From: Nymphaea colorata
Taxonomy: Eukaryota
NCBI RefSeq assembly: GCF_008831285.2
Contig: NC_045138.2
Span: forward strand, 21,700,001 to 21,764,000
Direction: 5' to 3'
DNA: 64,000 nucleotides
Below, piece after piece: positions 10,678 through 24,100 of the stretch. Made by a program: the position numbers and the translations under genes. The notes under the pieces were generated by a model, which saw only the letters and a list, made by a program, of their open reading frames with translations, was not told the origin of the DNA and made no database searches. Position 1 is the stretch's first letter, and each line of letters starts with the position of its first letter.

Positions 10678-12359
10678 GTAACACCCCAGAAGTTTAGTCT
10701 TGTATCGAAGATTGTGAGGGATCTTCAAGGGCTTATAAAGGGAGGCCATTAATGAGATGATTGTCCTAGTTCTTAGCCTTTTTTAGGATCTTCAAGGGGT
10801 GGGTTGGGATCCGTCGAACCAGGGGCTCGAGCTTGGGAGTGGGTCGGGTTGTTACACACAAAGACTTTTTTGGATGGTGGTTCACAAAGATATCTCATTT
10901 CGGTCAAGTTAGACCTAACCAATTATTGTCCCTAGCACTCCCAACTTAAATTAGTCAGGTTTGCTCAAGATCTTATGAAGTATGTGGGTGGATCTTCAGA
11001 GCCTCCACTAGAGTTCATTACTAGGCATGGGCATCAGGCCAGGCCCCAATAATTTTGTGTTGGTAATTACTGGCCCCAAATCGGGGCTACCCACTATTGT
11101 CGAGCTGGATACCGGGCCGTGACAAGTATATCCAAGTTCCGGCCCAGACCATTTTTAACCCATTAAATGGGTCGGATAGGGCTGGATGGGCCCTACTTTA
11201 AAAATCAAGAGATGTTTCGTTGTTTCTTTGTTAACCTATCATGGATAGACTTTCAAGTTGGATAGTATACAAATTCACTACAAAGAATTCCAGTTTAGTC
11301 AGGTATTCAAATGCATTATGTCGCCAATGTTCAAATAGAAATCATACATAATGATTTGGGACATGAGACCAAACACAATGCCATTAGGTTATAAAATAAT
11401 TTGTTTTTCTAGGATCTTGCTAGTTAACATCCCTTCACCTACTTGGAACTCATGTTGATGATCAAGTAAAGAAAGTAGGAAGCATATTACCACAGTTTCA
11501 GAAAAATGTAAAATAAGAACCAAAGAAATGTGTCTACTCCCGTGTAACATATAAATAACATAAAATTGCAAATCCTTAGGCAATAGTTGCAAATCCTAAT
11601 GCTTGTCAGCAATAAGAATGTGATTTTAAGGGTTCTGAATTTATCATATGGTATGGAGTCTAATATATGCAACATTGATCAAATTTGCAGTGTAGGAATC
11701 ATAATTGAAGCTCATGGAAGCAGTTTTAATATGATGGTACACATTGCAAAACTTAAAACTACATAAAGTAATAAACATAACATGTTATAGTTTAAAGATT
11801 CCATCTAGATAACATGCTATCAACAGTCTAATTCATATAGAACATCAACATTCCAAGAGTTGTACATATCCCAAATAACATGCTATCAAGAGTTGTACTC
11901 CATATAGTTTTACATATGCGAGAGTTCCAACATTTTTTCATATGCAGGAGTTTTAACACGTAATAATTTAATATGAAGACTTCTTCCATTTCATAGAAAT
12001 CACTCACAAGTTCATACGCGATTCCACTTCTTGAAAGATATTACCTACAATCAATAGTTAATTCACAAATTACATAAATAAAATGCTAAACACTACAAAT
12101 TGAAAAAGTTTTACCATGGTAATCATGCATTGGATCAGCATTCTTTATCAGAATTTGGCCCTTCATCATGAAAACTGCAACAAATATCAGTGTAAGCATA
12201 CTATTATGTTAACATATAAAACCAATTAGATTGAACTATAAACATTTACATTTTAAACAATTTTCGTTTATTATGAATCCAGCTCTACGTGCAAATTAAT
12301 GCTTCAAAATTTTCAAAAGCGGTTAAGCATCACAAGTTCATTCGCGATTCTGCTTCATG

Positions 12360-14960
12360 AAAGATATTACAAAGATTGCTAATACATCTCAAGCCATCTT
12401 GGCTAAAATTTTATATTTGTTTTTATTTTTGGTCTTCCACCAAGATAATATGCCGAAGTCTTCAACAGGTGCAATTTCTTTCATTAGATCAGTAAAATAT
12501 TTTTTCATATATGTGTGAACCGTTATATGAGTTACAAAGCTAAAGTATGCTTTGAAATCACATCTAGACACACTTCTATACTCTTCAGTTGCAATCATGG
12601 TACTAGTAGATGTATTGTTCATTTGCATATCACTTGTGTCATTATCATCATACAAGTTTTTGTAGCTAACATACAATTCATTAAAGGTGTATTCTATGAC
12701 CTCATATACTACCATCGCATCAGGTTGATCCAAATTGTTAACCATGTACTTTATGTATAACAACTTGAACCTAAGATAAAAAAAAAATGCAATTCCAAAT
12801 AGAATTTATAGTTCTTCAAGTATTTGTCAAATTTTCTTACATTTTGTATGCAATACTTGAACTCAGCTCGTTAAAGCTCGGCTCGAACTCTAGTTCGAGC
12901 CAGCTTTTCTACTCGATGAGTCAAGCTCGAGTTAATGGTTCAGCTCGTTTATTTATTGAGTCGAGCTCACGTTCGTTTAACGAAGCTCGCTTAACCGAAC
13001 TTGGCTCGTTAGCTCGAGTTGAGAAATGGATATTGTTCTTCCGTGGATGTGTCACTTTCTCATTCTTTTTATCTCTTCACCGACTTTCTCTTCATTCTCA
13101 TGAACCCCCACCGGCATCACTTTCCCATTCTTTTTATCTCTCTTCGCCGGCTTTCTCTTTGTTCTCATTCTCATGAACCCCCACCAGCCACCATTCTTCA
13201 AAGTCAGGCTACAACATCATCAAAGCTAAGGTACACGCTCTCGGCCTCCCTTATCCCTCTACTCTCCCATTCTATCTTCCCCTCTTTAATCACTCTCTCT
13301 CTCGTTTTGCCTGAGCCTTTCCCTCTACTCTCCCCCACTGATCTCACACTCCCTCTCGTTTTGCCAGAGGGAGGCTTTCTGGAACCCTTGCTTGAGCGAG
13401 GGTTTTGCCCAAGCGAAGGTTTCACTCACTCCCTCGCTTGGGTGAGGGCATGCCAAAATTTGGGGTTTTAGAAACCCTCACTTGAAACTCTTGTGTTGGG
13501 TGGGGGTTCCTCGCTTGGCGGGTGAGGGCTTTCGAAACCCTTCTCGTGGGTTCTAGGTGGGGAAGAGGCAGCAGCTGCCTGGCTGAGTTCCGATGGCATT
13601 CACATTGTTGGCAGCAGTAAAGACGGTGATTGGGGGTGGCAGTGGTTTTGGGTTCAAAAGCACAGAGAAAGGCGATAGTGGTGACGGTGATAGATCTCCA
13701 AGATTCCAAGGCGAAGCAGTGATACGAGTTTGTGGAGCCGTAATCGATTCGAGCTCGAGCTTGGTGAACTCGGGCTCGACTCGGCTTGTGTTCACCCCTA
13801 TACACAATGACTACACAAATGCTGGTAAATTGATGCAATTTCTTCCAAGACAATATTAATTGTTATCCACTTAGTGGCAGAGAATAGATTTGTTGCATTA
13901 TAGAATAGATGCATGAGACCACTCATTCTCAAAAAGCAAAGATACATGATTAAAATCACACGAAACCAAATAATGAAAGACACCTTTGAATAACAACGCA
14001 TTTCTCAACATTATAAATATAGAGTTATATCGGCTAGGGACATCATAGTTTAAAGTTTTTTTCTCATCCAAACCCATTGCCTTTATATGTTGCTTAAAAA
14101 CATGTAGTGTTTTTTGTGATCCTCTTATATATTTGACATTATCACGAATTTTTGGGATTGCGTTATCCATATCATTCATAACCATGAGATTTATAATATA
14201 TGCACCACAACGAATATGAAAGTGCTCACCTCTCAATGGAAATGAAATATTATTTTTTCTTTCTATGGTTTTTCTTAGTAGATTTTTCCACTATCATTTG
14301 TTGAACGGTTATCAACAGTAAAAGAAAACAACTTCAATTGAATTTCTTACTTAATAGTACTGTAGTCTCATAAAACGTCACATATAAAACTTGCATTATG
14401 TGTTGGAGGCACATGTATAAAATTAAATATATGAGGGTGCAATTTCCAATCTCTATTAATGTATTGGGTTGTCTAACATAAGTATCATAACGTCTATTGT
14501 GAGGACCACATATCGAATATCAATGAAACTCACTACGCATGATTATTTACAACATGATATCTCATTTTTGTCTGTCTTGAAAATTGAATTAACCTCTTTT
14601 GTAAGTGTTTTCTAAAAATGGTACAAACCTTGAATCGCAAGCCTTTAGAAAATAGTTATGATATTCGTATTCTATAAAACTGAAAGGAAGCACATGCATT
14701 ATTGTACACTTAGTCATACATTTTCTTATATTTTTTATATGAAATTTCTATGGGCATAAAGAAGTTGCACCAGATTCACTAACTCTAAATGACAAATTCG
14801 TTGTTTTTCATCAGTAACTTCCTTTTTGACACATATATCTCTATGTTGTTTGAAGTAACTAGTACCATTAGCACTATGTTTACCTAATCGTTCACTACAA
14901 TGTTTGCATTTTCCATATTCTTTTTCCTTAAAGTTTACCAATGTGAAGTCATTTCATACC
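12360..14960 (-). pseudogene. hAT (Ac/Daysleeper-like) transposase pseudogene
   Basis: BED finger KCKHC...ANGTSYFKQH..IC (14735-14941), HIRCGAYIINL and DVPSRYNS (13898-14236), and dimerisation-domain FGILSWWK..KYKILAKMA (12389-12763). Broken by stops, frameshifts and a nested insertion. Confidence 0.88.
12858..13800. mobile_element. Truncated non-autonomous hAT related to 9063-10677, nested in the transposase pseudogene
   Basis: Right end read in reverse (TAGGGGTGAACACAAGCCGAGTCGAGCCCGAG) aligns with the 9063 end (AGGGCTGCACACGAGCCGAGTCAAGCTCGAG). Shares CTCGAG arrays and GAAACCCTC/GAGGGTT motifs. Left TIR and TSD not found. Confidence 0.7.
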
Positions 14961-17900
14961 ATTGAAGTTTTTTTTCTTCATTGAAACTATTTTCCTCTCA
15001 ATAGATGAAAAGATTTATTTTCCTCCATATCTATAGTCAATTGATATTCTTCATTTTCAAAAATAGAAGACACAACTTACTATTTGAATAGAATCAAATA
15101 CAACCTGAACACATAAACACATGAAAATGCATGAATGTACGCATTCAATTCTAGAGCTGAAGAAAAACTAACAAGATTCATGTGAAATCATTTAGTATAT
15201 CAAAACCTCAGAGATTGGAAGAAAGTTACAGATCATGTATATAAAATCATTCAGTAACTAAAAGGCTAATCAAATTCTTCTCAAACATTAAGAAGAATTT
15301 TAATAATCAAACAAGTGATTAACCGCTCCTTGCCCCCGAATTTTAGGAGATTGATGCAATATTCAGCTTTCTTTCTTCAGTTCAAGAACTGAATGCCTAC
15401 ATTCAAGTCTAATTACCCATTGAGTTAGGTTATCACTTTAAAGGAGGTACCTCTAGCATTATCACTAAGTCACATGGGTGCAAGCAAAGATGAAAGCGTG
15501 GGTATAGTGATATGAGTTTGGACATTGCAATTTTGCAAAATGTGCTACAAGGGTATGAGTGCATACACACGAATATACATAGTTACATTTTTATAATTGC
15601 AATTCTAATCGAGCATGATCCACAAAATTTGATTCATCCTAAATACTGTTGTAAAAATATAAATAAAATCTGATAATATCTCAACATAGCAATGGTCACA
15701 TGCTGCACACTTGGGGCATTCAAATTTGATCTAATTGTTCTTCTATTTAGCAAAATTATAGTAGTTTTCTTGGATTCAAAAAGTGATAGCCGTACTAAAA
15801 CAAACAATGCCAATGTAAGAAACCTTCTAGACGTTAGTTGAAGATTATGGTTAGACACTTAGACTTCTTGTAACATGGCATGACTTGCAGCATTGTATCT
15901 ATCTAGGATTCTCCTTACACTGATCAGCAATAAACATGACTTCTTGGAAAATTGAGGTTTCTAGAGATTAAATAAGTGCATGGAATTAAACTGAATGAGT
16001 ACAGAGAAAATCTGATAAAAGAGCTCGGACTGAAGCAAACTTACACATATGAATACACGACAATTAAATGGTAGGATAAAGAAGACACTTCCAATAGTGG
16101 AATTCCTTTTCCTGGTTTGTTCATCTGAAGACTGTGATGTCCTGTATTATTTTCAGTACACTAAGCTGAATAGCTAAAACTTTGAAGAATATTTAGGTGG
16201 AAACTTACGTAGAAGACTGGGTTGGTTCTTATGTATGAACAACAAAACTAAAGTACTGTTCTGACTTGTTCATCTCCCTCCCAAGTGGCAATAATGAAGG
16301 AGTGTTTCTTGATGCATCATGCCGGTTTTTTTCTTAATTTAATCCCTAAAGGTGCCATCAGAAAATCCTACCTCAAACCTCTCATCAAAGCCAGTGGTCT
16401 TATCTAAGATCTACTATTTTTTAGGTTGCAGCCTGGCAAGTCATGTAACTGCAAATCTATAATTCAATAAATGGCAACAAGCACATAAATTGGAGCAAAT
16501 AGGTGTTGTTGTGCTGAAGTTGGTTTTAACTTTTAGGCTTTTAGCATGGGTAGGATGTCTGGGCTGCAATAGTACCACACATCAGTGCTTATGATGTAGA
16601 TGTCGTAATTGATCATATCCTGCATTATGGTGATTACTTCATTAATCATCTTTGGACTTTTTCGCATATTAATGTCTCTAAGCATTCCTTAAGTGCATAT
16701 AATTATTTTGGAGAAGCATAAAATTGCTTGTGAAGCTGCAGGAAATGTGTGACGCCAAACACAGGCAGCCTGCTTGGTGGCTTGGAAATCTTGACATCAA
16801 CCGGACAGGTTTCTTTTTAGGAGCAGCTATGGTAGCAGCATACAGCTATAAAAAATAGTTTTCATTTGCATGGGGCATCAACAGAAGAAACAAATTGCAA
16901 AGACAACCAGGAAAACAAAATAGGAAAAACAGAGAGACGAAGATTTGTGAAGCAAATTGCAATAGAAGTAAGCTGCCCCACAAAAAGATGTCAACCAGGA
17001 AAAGCGAAATACCTTGGTCCTCGATGGGAGGGAGTGTAAAGGGGTTGGTGAGGCAGGCACGGCCGGTCGGCGAAGAGCAGGGCAGTAGTGAAGTGAGGCA
17101 AACGTTCACTCAAAACATATTTAAAATTGAAAAACAAATGATAAAAGCCTGATCTTGCAGGCCTACTAGGTCTGCTAACCAGGCCCGGGATCGGGTACCC
17201 TGCGACGGCCCAGGCTCGGGTCAAGCCGGGTATCGGGTACCCTTGGTGGCCGGCCCGGTGCCCAGGCCTATTCATTGGCAATGAGTCATGCATGCTTACT
17301 TAGACACTACTTTTTGGAGTCCATATTGTAAGTGGCAAGTGCAACTCATGAACAACACTGCAAAAAAGATGGCTGTCCATAAGTGCATCAACCATGAAAG
17401 GCCTACTATAGCTAGTCAAACTGACAGGCCAGTGAAAATTCAGTCGTGAGAACTATTTTGCATCCTCGACCAGGTCAATTGTGCAAGCTGTTTCTTGTGC
17501 CTAGCATGTGCAACCCAATTGCAGGAGCATGATGAGGATCCTGCCCCGTCATGAATAGAGGTCTTCGCAGGAAGGGTCAATAAACCTTGGCCCGGTGGAT
17601 GAATCGTGGCCTTGTTAGGCTTGATGTCTTTTCGACATAGCTAGACATTGTATAAACACAAGTTTCCCGTTGACTGCTTTATTTAACGGCAATCTGACCT
17701 TGTTTACAGCCTTAAAATTCTCTTCCTACAACACATTCCCGTCGATACAAGTTTGCTATTTTTCCATCGCTTCCGTCTAAATCAAGACAAATAATTCATG
17801 TTAAAAAGTGGCAGCACGAAGTATCGCAACGTCTACGCCACTTACGAAAAATTGGATGAAGGGCCCACCCATGAAGTCAAAGTCATGCATAATAATCAAT

Positions 17901-18174
17901 TTTGAGACACTACGATTCATCTAGGCTCGTAGTTTCTAACGCGAAGATAAGAGGAAACAAAAAGAAACAATTTAATTGGGCGGAGATTTTGGTTGATTAT
18001 ATTCTCTTGTAAACTCCTTCAGCAACATTATAAACATGGTATCTGTAAGCACACTTGTACCGTCCATCAGTATCTCAACTAATAAAGCCACCAGGAAACA
18101 ATACAAGTGATCACTTCAATGATCCTCATATTTATTTCTTTAGTTCTAAGACAAAATACTGCTATACACTCAAA

Positions 18175-21100
18175 TTAGCCCCTCAAAGAATACTTTTTTC
18201 CAGTGAATGCTTGAAATTTAGGTTCTTCCTTTGGCGGCTCTGGTTTGGTTTCTTTTCTGGTAACCTGAAAAGGGAAAAAAAAATCCTGAGTGAGAGAGAG
18301 AGAGAGAGAGAGGGAAAGAGAAAGAGAGACAGAGAGAGAGTTGTATCATGACACGGTACCTTGTTCGCTTCCTTAGTGACGGCACCTGCATTGGAGCCAA
18401 ACACGAGCTTCCCTGGAGTAGACCTAGTTGAGGAACCACCTTTTTGTTGCGAACTGTTTGAAGACGATGGCATGCTCCCTGCAGCGGCAGGGTTAGATGC
18501 AGGTGCAACTGAATGCTTCAAAGGTTTCCCATCCAAGCGCCTCGCAACACCAGTGAATGCACTGAACTTTGGTTCTGCCGCAACAGGTTCTTGCTGCTCT
18601 GCACAGGAGAGCCGGATACCAGTAATGTCAGAAAGACATGGATACTTCGGTGAAAGAGCCTTCCCCACCTGATCTTGATACGACATGAAAAAGGAACTAA
18701 AATATGGCCTTGACAAGCTAATCAATTTACTAATAATGGTACACCAACAAGCTACAAGAACAGGTGACATGATCAGTGCCTCTTGGCCCTTATCCACTGA
18801 CATGTATAATCTGCAGGGAATAGTACAGGAACCTATATACCCCTCAAACATCGAGTCATAACATAGTCAAGCAATTCATCCCGTATCAGCCCCTTATTCA
18901 ATAAAATAACATTACAAATTATTTTTTTCACAATTTAAGCAAAAAAGCACTTCCAGAATACTGATATAGTGAGAATTGAGATGACAGATACAGGCTAATT
19001 CTCTGTTTATTTTGTAAAATGATTCACCTTAAACATAGACATGCAGCTAAAAAATCTGCACTTTGCAATGAACACTATTACAGCAAGAAAGAATAAAATA
19101 TCTAAAACAAAAGCAGCAAGCAATATTTCCACTGCAATAGTCTAAAATTTTATACAACTAATTATTTCCAACATTTCAGCATACTGCAAATAAGATAGAG
19201 AAGTTATTAATGGCACGTCAATTCATGGTGAACCCACTTATTCAATATCCAGAAATATTCTTCTTTCAAATCTTTAATGCCATATATCTTGCCAAATCAT
19301 GCTGACCCCATAAACATTCTCTCAGACAGAATTCGTAATAAAAAAGAAACAACCACTGACACATGCTCGATGCCCATGACCAGATGCATCAGGCTGTTGA
19401 ACACACATTTGGATGTTGACAAAGCATGCATGATGTCAGAATACCAGATTGGCAAGAAATTTAACTCTTGGAATATAGACTCCTTGTCATTAGAAGCAAG
19501 GTTTAATCACTTAATGCACCATTGTCTTAATTCAGTCTTTCCCACAGGGATTTTCAAAAAATCCAGAAAAAATGAAGTATATGACTAGATAATACCAACT
19601 TCATATTGTAGAGAAACCTAATGGGAAAGAGCTCATGTGATCAGCAAAAACCGACGCCCAAATCTTCAGAAGGACACTTACAGACCCATTCTATGCATCT
19701 CATTATCAAAAAGAAAGCTCCTGTATGATATCTTTCCAGATGGTAAGATGTGAATTCACTTGGTTTGAGTCCCTGCGAGGCCGAGCCAACTCCTTCATAC
19801 ACTATTTTATGTCAATGGCTCAAACAACTTTGGTGCTGATTTACACTTTTTCCTTTGACGGCACAATTGCAATAGATCTTTCATGTTCTGAGACATCCAA
19901 CATTTGAACAAAGTCTCATGTTCACGAAATTCAAAGCTTATGTGCAAGCAGTGTTTGAACATGCTTGAAACTTGCTGAACATTTCATGCGTAATGACAGT
20001 GCCTTTCGTTCTTTGGATGGACGGTTCATGTCAATAAGCGGGAGGGAACTACAACTACAGGTGCAAGTGTGGTAGCAACTCAACAGGGCATATAACCACC
20101 TTCATGGAAGAGTCACTTGAGGATAACCAAACCTAGCATCATCCTCCAGATATGATCATCATCCCAGTTCAAATAACTACACCACATGATTCTATTGGGC
20201 AAGGGCACATAAAATGACGTTGGCAAAAAAAGGAATTTAGCTATAGTGCTATACAAATAATGTGGCAAAGAAAATCCTAGAAAGGTTATTTACTTACACA
20301 GATACAGTATTTTTTAAGTTTTTAATTTGCTGCAGGGTACATACTATACCCGTTCTTGAAGCATATTTTCTAATGTAAATATTAGCACTGTTTTTCACTT
20401 ATCAAAGATATATATAACATCAAACGAAAGCAAAAAAAGTGCAAGTAGAAGGGAAAAAATAACCTGCAGCAGGCATGTTGCTTGATGAGGGAACAGTGGA
20501 GGGGGCTGGTCTTTCCGGCTCTTTATAATCAAGAGGAGGCGCGAAATCTACTTCACAATCTGTCTCAATGATACTTATCGCTGAAGAGGGCTTTGTCTCA
20601 ATGATATCAATGTAATATTTCTTATTATTGTATGCAACCATGATACTGTCACCAGTGGTCAAACAGGAGAAGTTCCGCAGTGTTGTTTCTAAGCTGAAAA
20701 AATAAAAATACATGGATTATTTCCAAATTCACCAATCACAATCTAGAGCAGGCATCACTCACTCGCACATACTAGTCACAGAGCCATAAAATTTAATCAA
20801 CAAATACAGAGGAACCTTGTTTCCTGAACGAAGATGAGATTCTAAATAAGAACATGGTGAATCCATTCATCTTTAACATAAGATTTGTGGATACAACTGC
20901 AAGAAAGATATCTTGGATCTACTCAATGAATTGTAAAAGATGCAAGGCAAGCCCTAAAGAAAAGCTGAAGTTACACCAGTGACCATCAGTTTTGACAATT
21001 TCTTATAAACTTTCTTCTTGGAAGCTCTTCCAGCAACTCATTTCAAATTAACCTTTTAAATTTGTTTTCTGAGCAAAAGGATAAAGAAAGCATATCCTTT

Positions 21101-24100
21101 CAAAATATCAACATCAGCAAATATATTGTAGATACATTATGCATTTAAAGAAACATTAAAACTATGATGCTGCTATATATCCCAGAGCCCAAAAGAATTC
21201 TAGAGACGTGAGAAAAAAGCATCAATGATTCTCGCTAATGGACTTCCCTAATTAAGTATGTTGAGACATTTGACATGCACATCAAAACCAATGAGACTTT
21301 ACACTTGTCAAGTGGGTTTTGATGCCCTTAAAATTTTGATGGGCATATAGATGTTTTGGAACTGAAGAATGAATTCTAATTCACTGATACTTTTGGTTGT
21401 TTATTTTGTATAAACACTAGAAGCTTTCGCTACTCTGAACTTTGAAAGCAAAAGAAAACATCTGCTTGAAAACTTTTCAGGGAATAACAGATTTATCACT
21501 TCCAAGTCATAAATTTGGAATGGCCAAGTTTTTCAGGTACGAGTTGATTCAGGAAGATTGAAGAAAGACCAGCACGGGAGGCAAAGACATGCATGAATTT
21601 AAGTGACAAAGAAAGGAGAAGAGAGAGAAGAAAGAGAGGATGAGTAGACATAAGAAAGATAAGAAGGATTACAGATGAGCCATTTCTTTTTCCATATCAA
21701 CATCCCCAGAATTTCTGGCTGAATCATGTGATCAGGCTATCTAAAGCTGATACAATGCTAGATCCTCAACTACATTTTGCAAAAAACGGATCTCAATATG
21801 ACTTGAGAATCCAAGCAAGACGAACAAAAAACTTGGATTTGATTTTGATGAAGAACAGGCTGAAACAAAGGAAGATTGGATGATGAAACAATACATATTG
21901 ATCAGTGAGCTCTAAAGAAAGATTGGACAGTGAAAAAATATCTTAATTAGTGAACTCTAAAACGTATTAGACAAAAAAACCACCCTTCCGATAACAAGTT
22001 AGGGTTTTGTAAACAAGGAATGAGAAGAACTAAACCAGAATTAGGGCCATAAACCTCTAGAAGAAGAAAATTAGGCTTTTTGACAATGGATTTTGAAGCA
22101 ATTAGGGTTTTGTTGACAAATTGAGAACCAGACAGAAAAATAGAATGACTTTGCCGCAGAAGTAGAGAAAAATCAAAAGAAGGGAAGCAAACACAGGAGT
22201 ATAAAGAAGAAAGGGAAGATTTCTGATTTACTCCTTTAGATATTCAATTGAAGATCTCTTTGGAGATACCTTTTCAAAGAACTCACAACCTACACTGTTT
22301 ACCGTGTCAGACTTTGATGAATCGGACCCGATGTACCACTGTAGATTGTTCCTGCAAGGAATCTAGAGAAGAGGACTCAGGAGCCAAAACTCATTGCAAC
22401 AATTCAAAGGGCCATGACTTGATAGTTAATTCTATACTTTTGAGTTCTGATAGTGATAGGTTACAGACAGTATAACATGGATTGATAACACCCTCTGTTA
22501 CATATTTATACTACAAGTGAATAAATTGTGTATCGATCCGGAAAAGATTTGGATCTAGATCCAGCATATCTTAACAGCTGGAACAAAGTAGTATGACTGG
22601 ACCATCATTTATATAGCATAAAGATGAATGGAGAAAGGACAACCCAAAGTTCCCTAGAGTATACGATCAAGTTGCAGATACATCAACAAATTATCAAGAG
22701 CACATGCTTACTTAAAAAGTTATACATATCAAACATAATGTACAACTAGAAGGGTCAGTGTGTATACTGTAAAGTCATGTGCAACTAATTTTGATAGTGT
22801 CCTATTTATTGTTTTTTTTTTTACTTTGGTTTGATATATTTAGTGCCAAAAGAATTACAGCTTTTATGTTTCAGAAACAAGAAAAAAAAACCTATATTTA
22901 TATGGAAAAGGAACCATTTATTAGGAGGCTCCTACAAAAGTACGAAGCCCAAAAGTGCAGGCCACCTACCAGAATCAAACAACAAAACATAAGATTGTTC
23001 CTCTTTGATTTGTTTGCACTATCCATATGTATATGACGTTGATTGGATGTAACACACAAAGAACTGCACTTACATAGCTTTTGGGTTTGAGATGTCCAAA
23101 AAATCCTTAGTATGTGGCTGTAACTTTACATATGTCCCTTTTGGGAGAGTAGCATTTTTGACACGCACTGTATCTCCCTCTTGCAAAAGCATGTTTTGCA
23201 TCATCTGCCATAATAAAGAAAAGCAGTTAATTTGAAAAGGGCTAAGCACAATCTTGATGTTCCACAGTAATGTCCGTTGTATATAATGAGTATCTTTCTA
23301 GCATACCCAATATGGCATATAGATCATGCCTTCCTCCGCAATAAACTCCAACACACCACAATGAGAAATTCGTTCCGTTGAAGGATTATGCAGCTCAAAC
23401 AACATTGGGTAGTCGATATGCAAAGAGGCTGCAGTGAAAATTTTTTAGTAGCTCTAAAAATATAGAGTATGGATGGAGAAAACAACATATAGATGTAGAA
23501 ATAACTATTCTATCAGGACTACAACATGCAAATGTGTTGACCAGAAATGCTGGTCATTGGACGTTAACAATTTCCTCCAAGTGCACTATGTTCATGAGCT
23601 TAAGATAGCAAATTGCAGTGCACAAGAAGACACATTGACACATGCAAATGCATGTAAAAAGTCATGCATGTGCACAAATTTATATTCATGCACGTGTATT
23701 TTTTCATGGCTCTTTTGGCAAAAGCAAAATCCTGAAAATTTTATGGTTCTGATAAGCCATCAAAAAAATATAAATACTTAAAAACTAAAGTACCAAATCC
23801 TGAAATAATAAAGAAAGAATAAGCTTCAGCTGACTTATGCATAGAAAAGACAGAAATGTTGCCAAATAAAAGAATAAACTTAGACAAAAATATTCAAAAT
23901 CTCAAATCAGAATAAGAACAATCGAATATAATGACAACATTGTATAACATTAAGTTGCTACTTAAAATACTGTTCAACATGCCCATCATTTTGAATATAC
24001 CATTAGACTTTCCTTTTTAATTTTTTTTCTCTGTCACACTAGTGCAGGTGCACTAGTTTTCAGGAAAACCTGGATGCATGTCCAGCAACTGTGTTCGTGT

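Larger units (their letters stand above)
8786..10856 (+). mobile_element. TRIM (terminal-repeat retrotransposon in miniature), 3' LTR interrupted by a hAT insertion
   Basis: 5' LTR 8786-8977 (TGTAACA...TGTTACA). PBS TGGTATCAGAGC at 8979-8990 (initiator tRNA-Met type). PPT AAGGGGGGTGGA at 9041-9052. 3' LTR starts at 9054, resumes after 10677 and ends at 10856. Perfect 5-bp TSD CACAA at 8781-8785 and 10857-10861. Confidence 0.92.
11022..17270 (-). mobile_element. Decayed full-length hAT DNA transposon (6.2 kb)
   Basis: 19-bp TIRs TAGGCATGGGCATCAGGCC / reverse complement TAGGCCTGGGCACCGGGCC (16/19 match). Degenerate 8-bp TSD TTCATTAC (11014-11021) / TTCATTGG (17271-17278). GGCCC-rich subterminal regions; transposase remnants inside. 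Confidence 0.85.

Noticed and set aside
18183..18851. 222-aa ORF as a separate gene
   Set aside because: It is a UFD1 exon read through its flanking introns.
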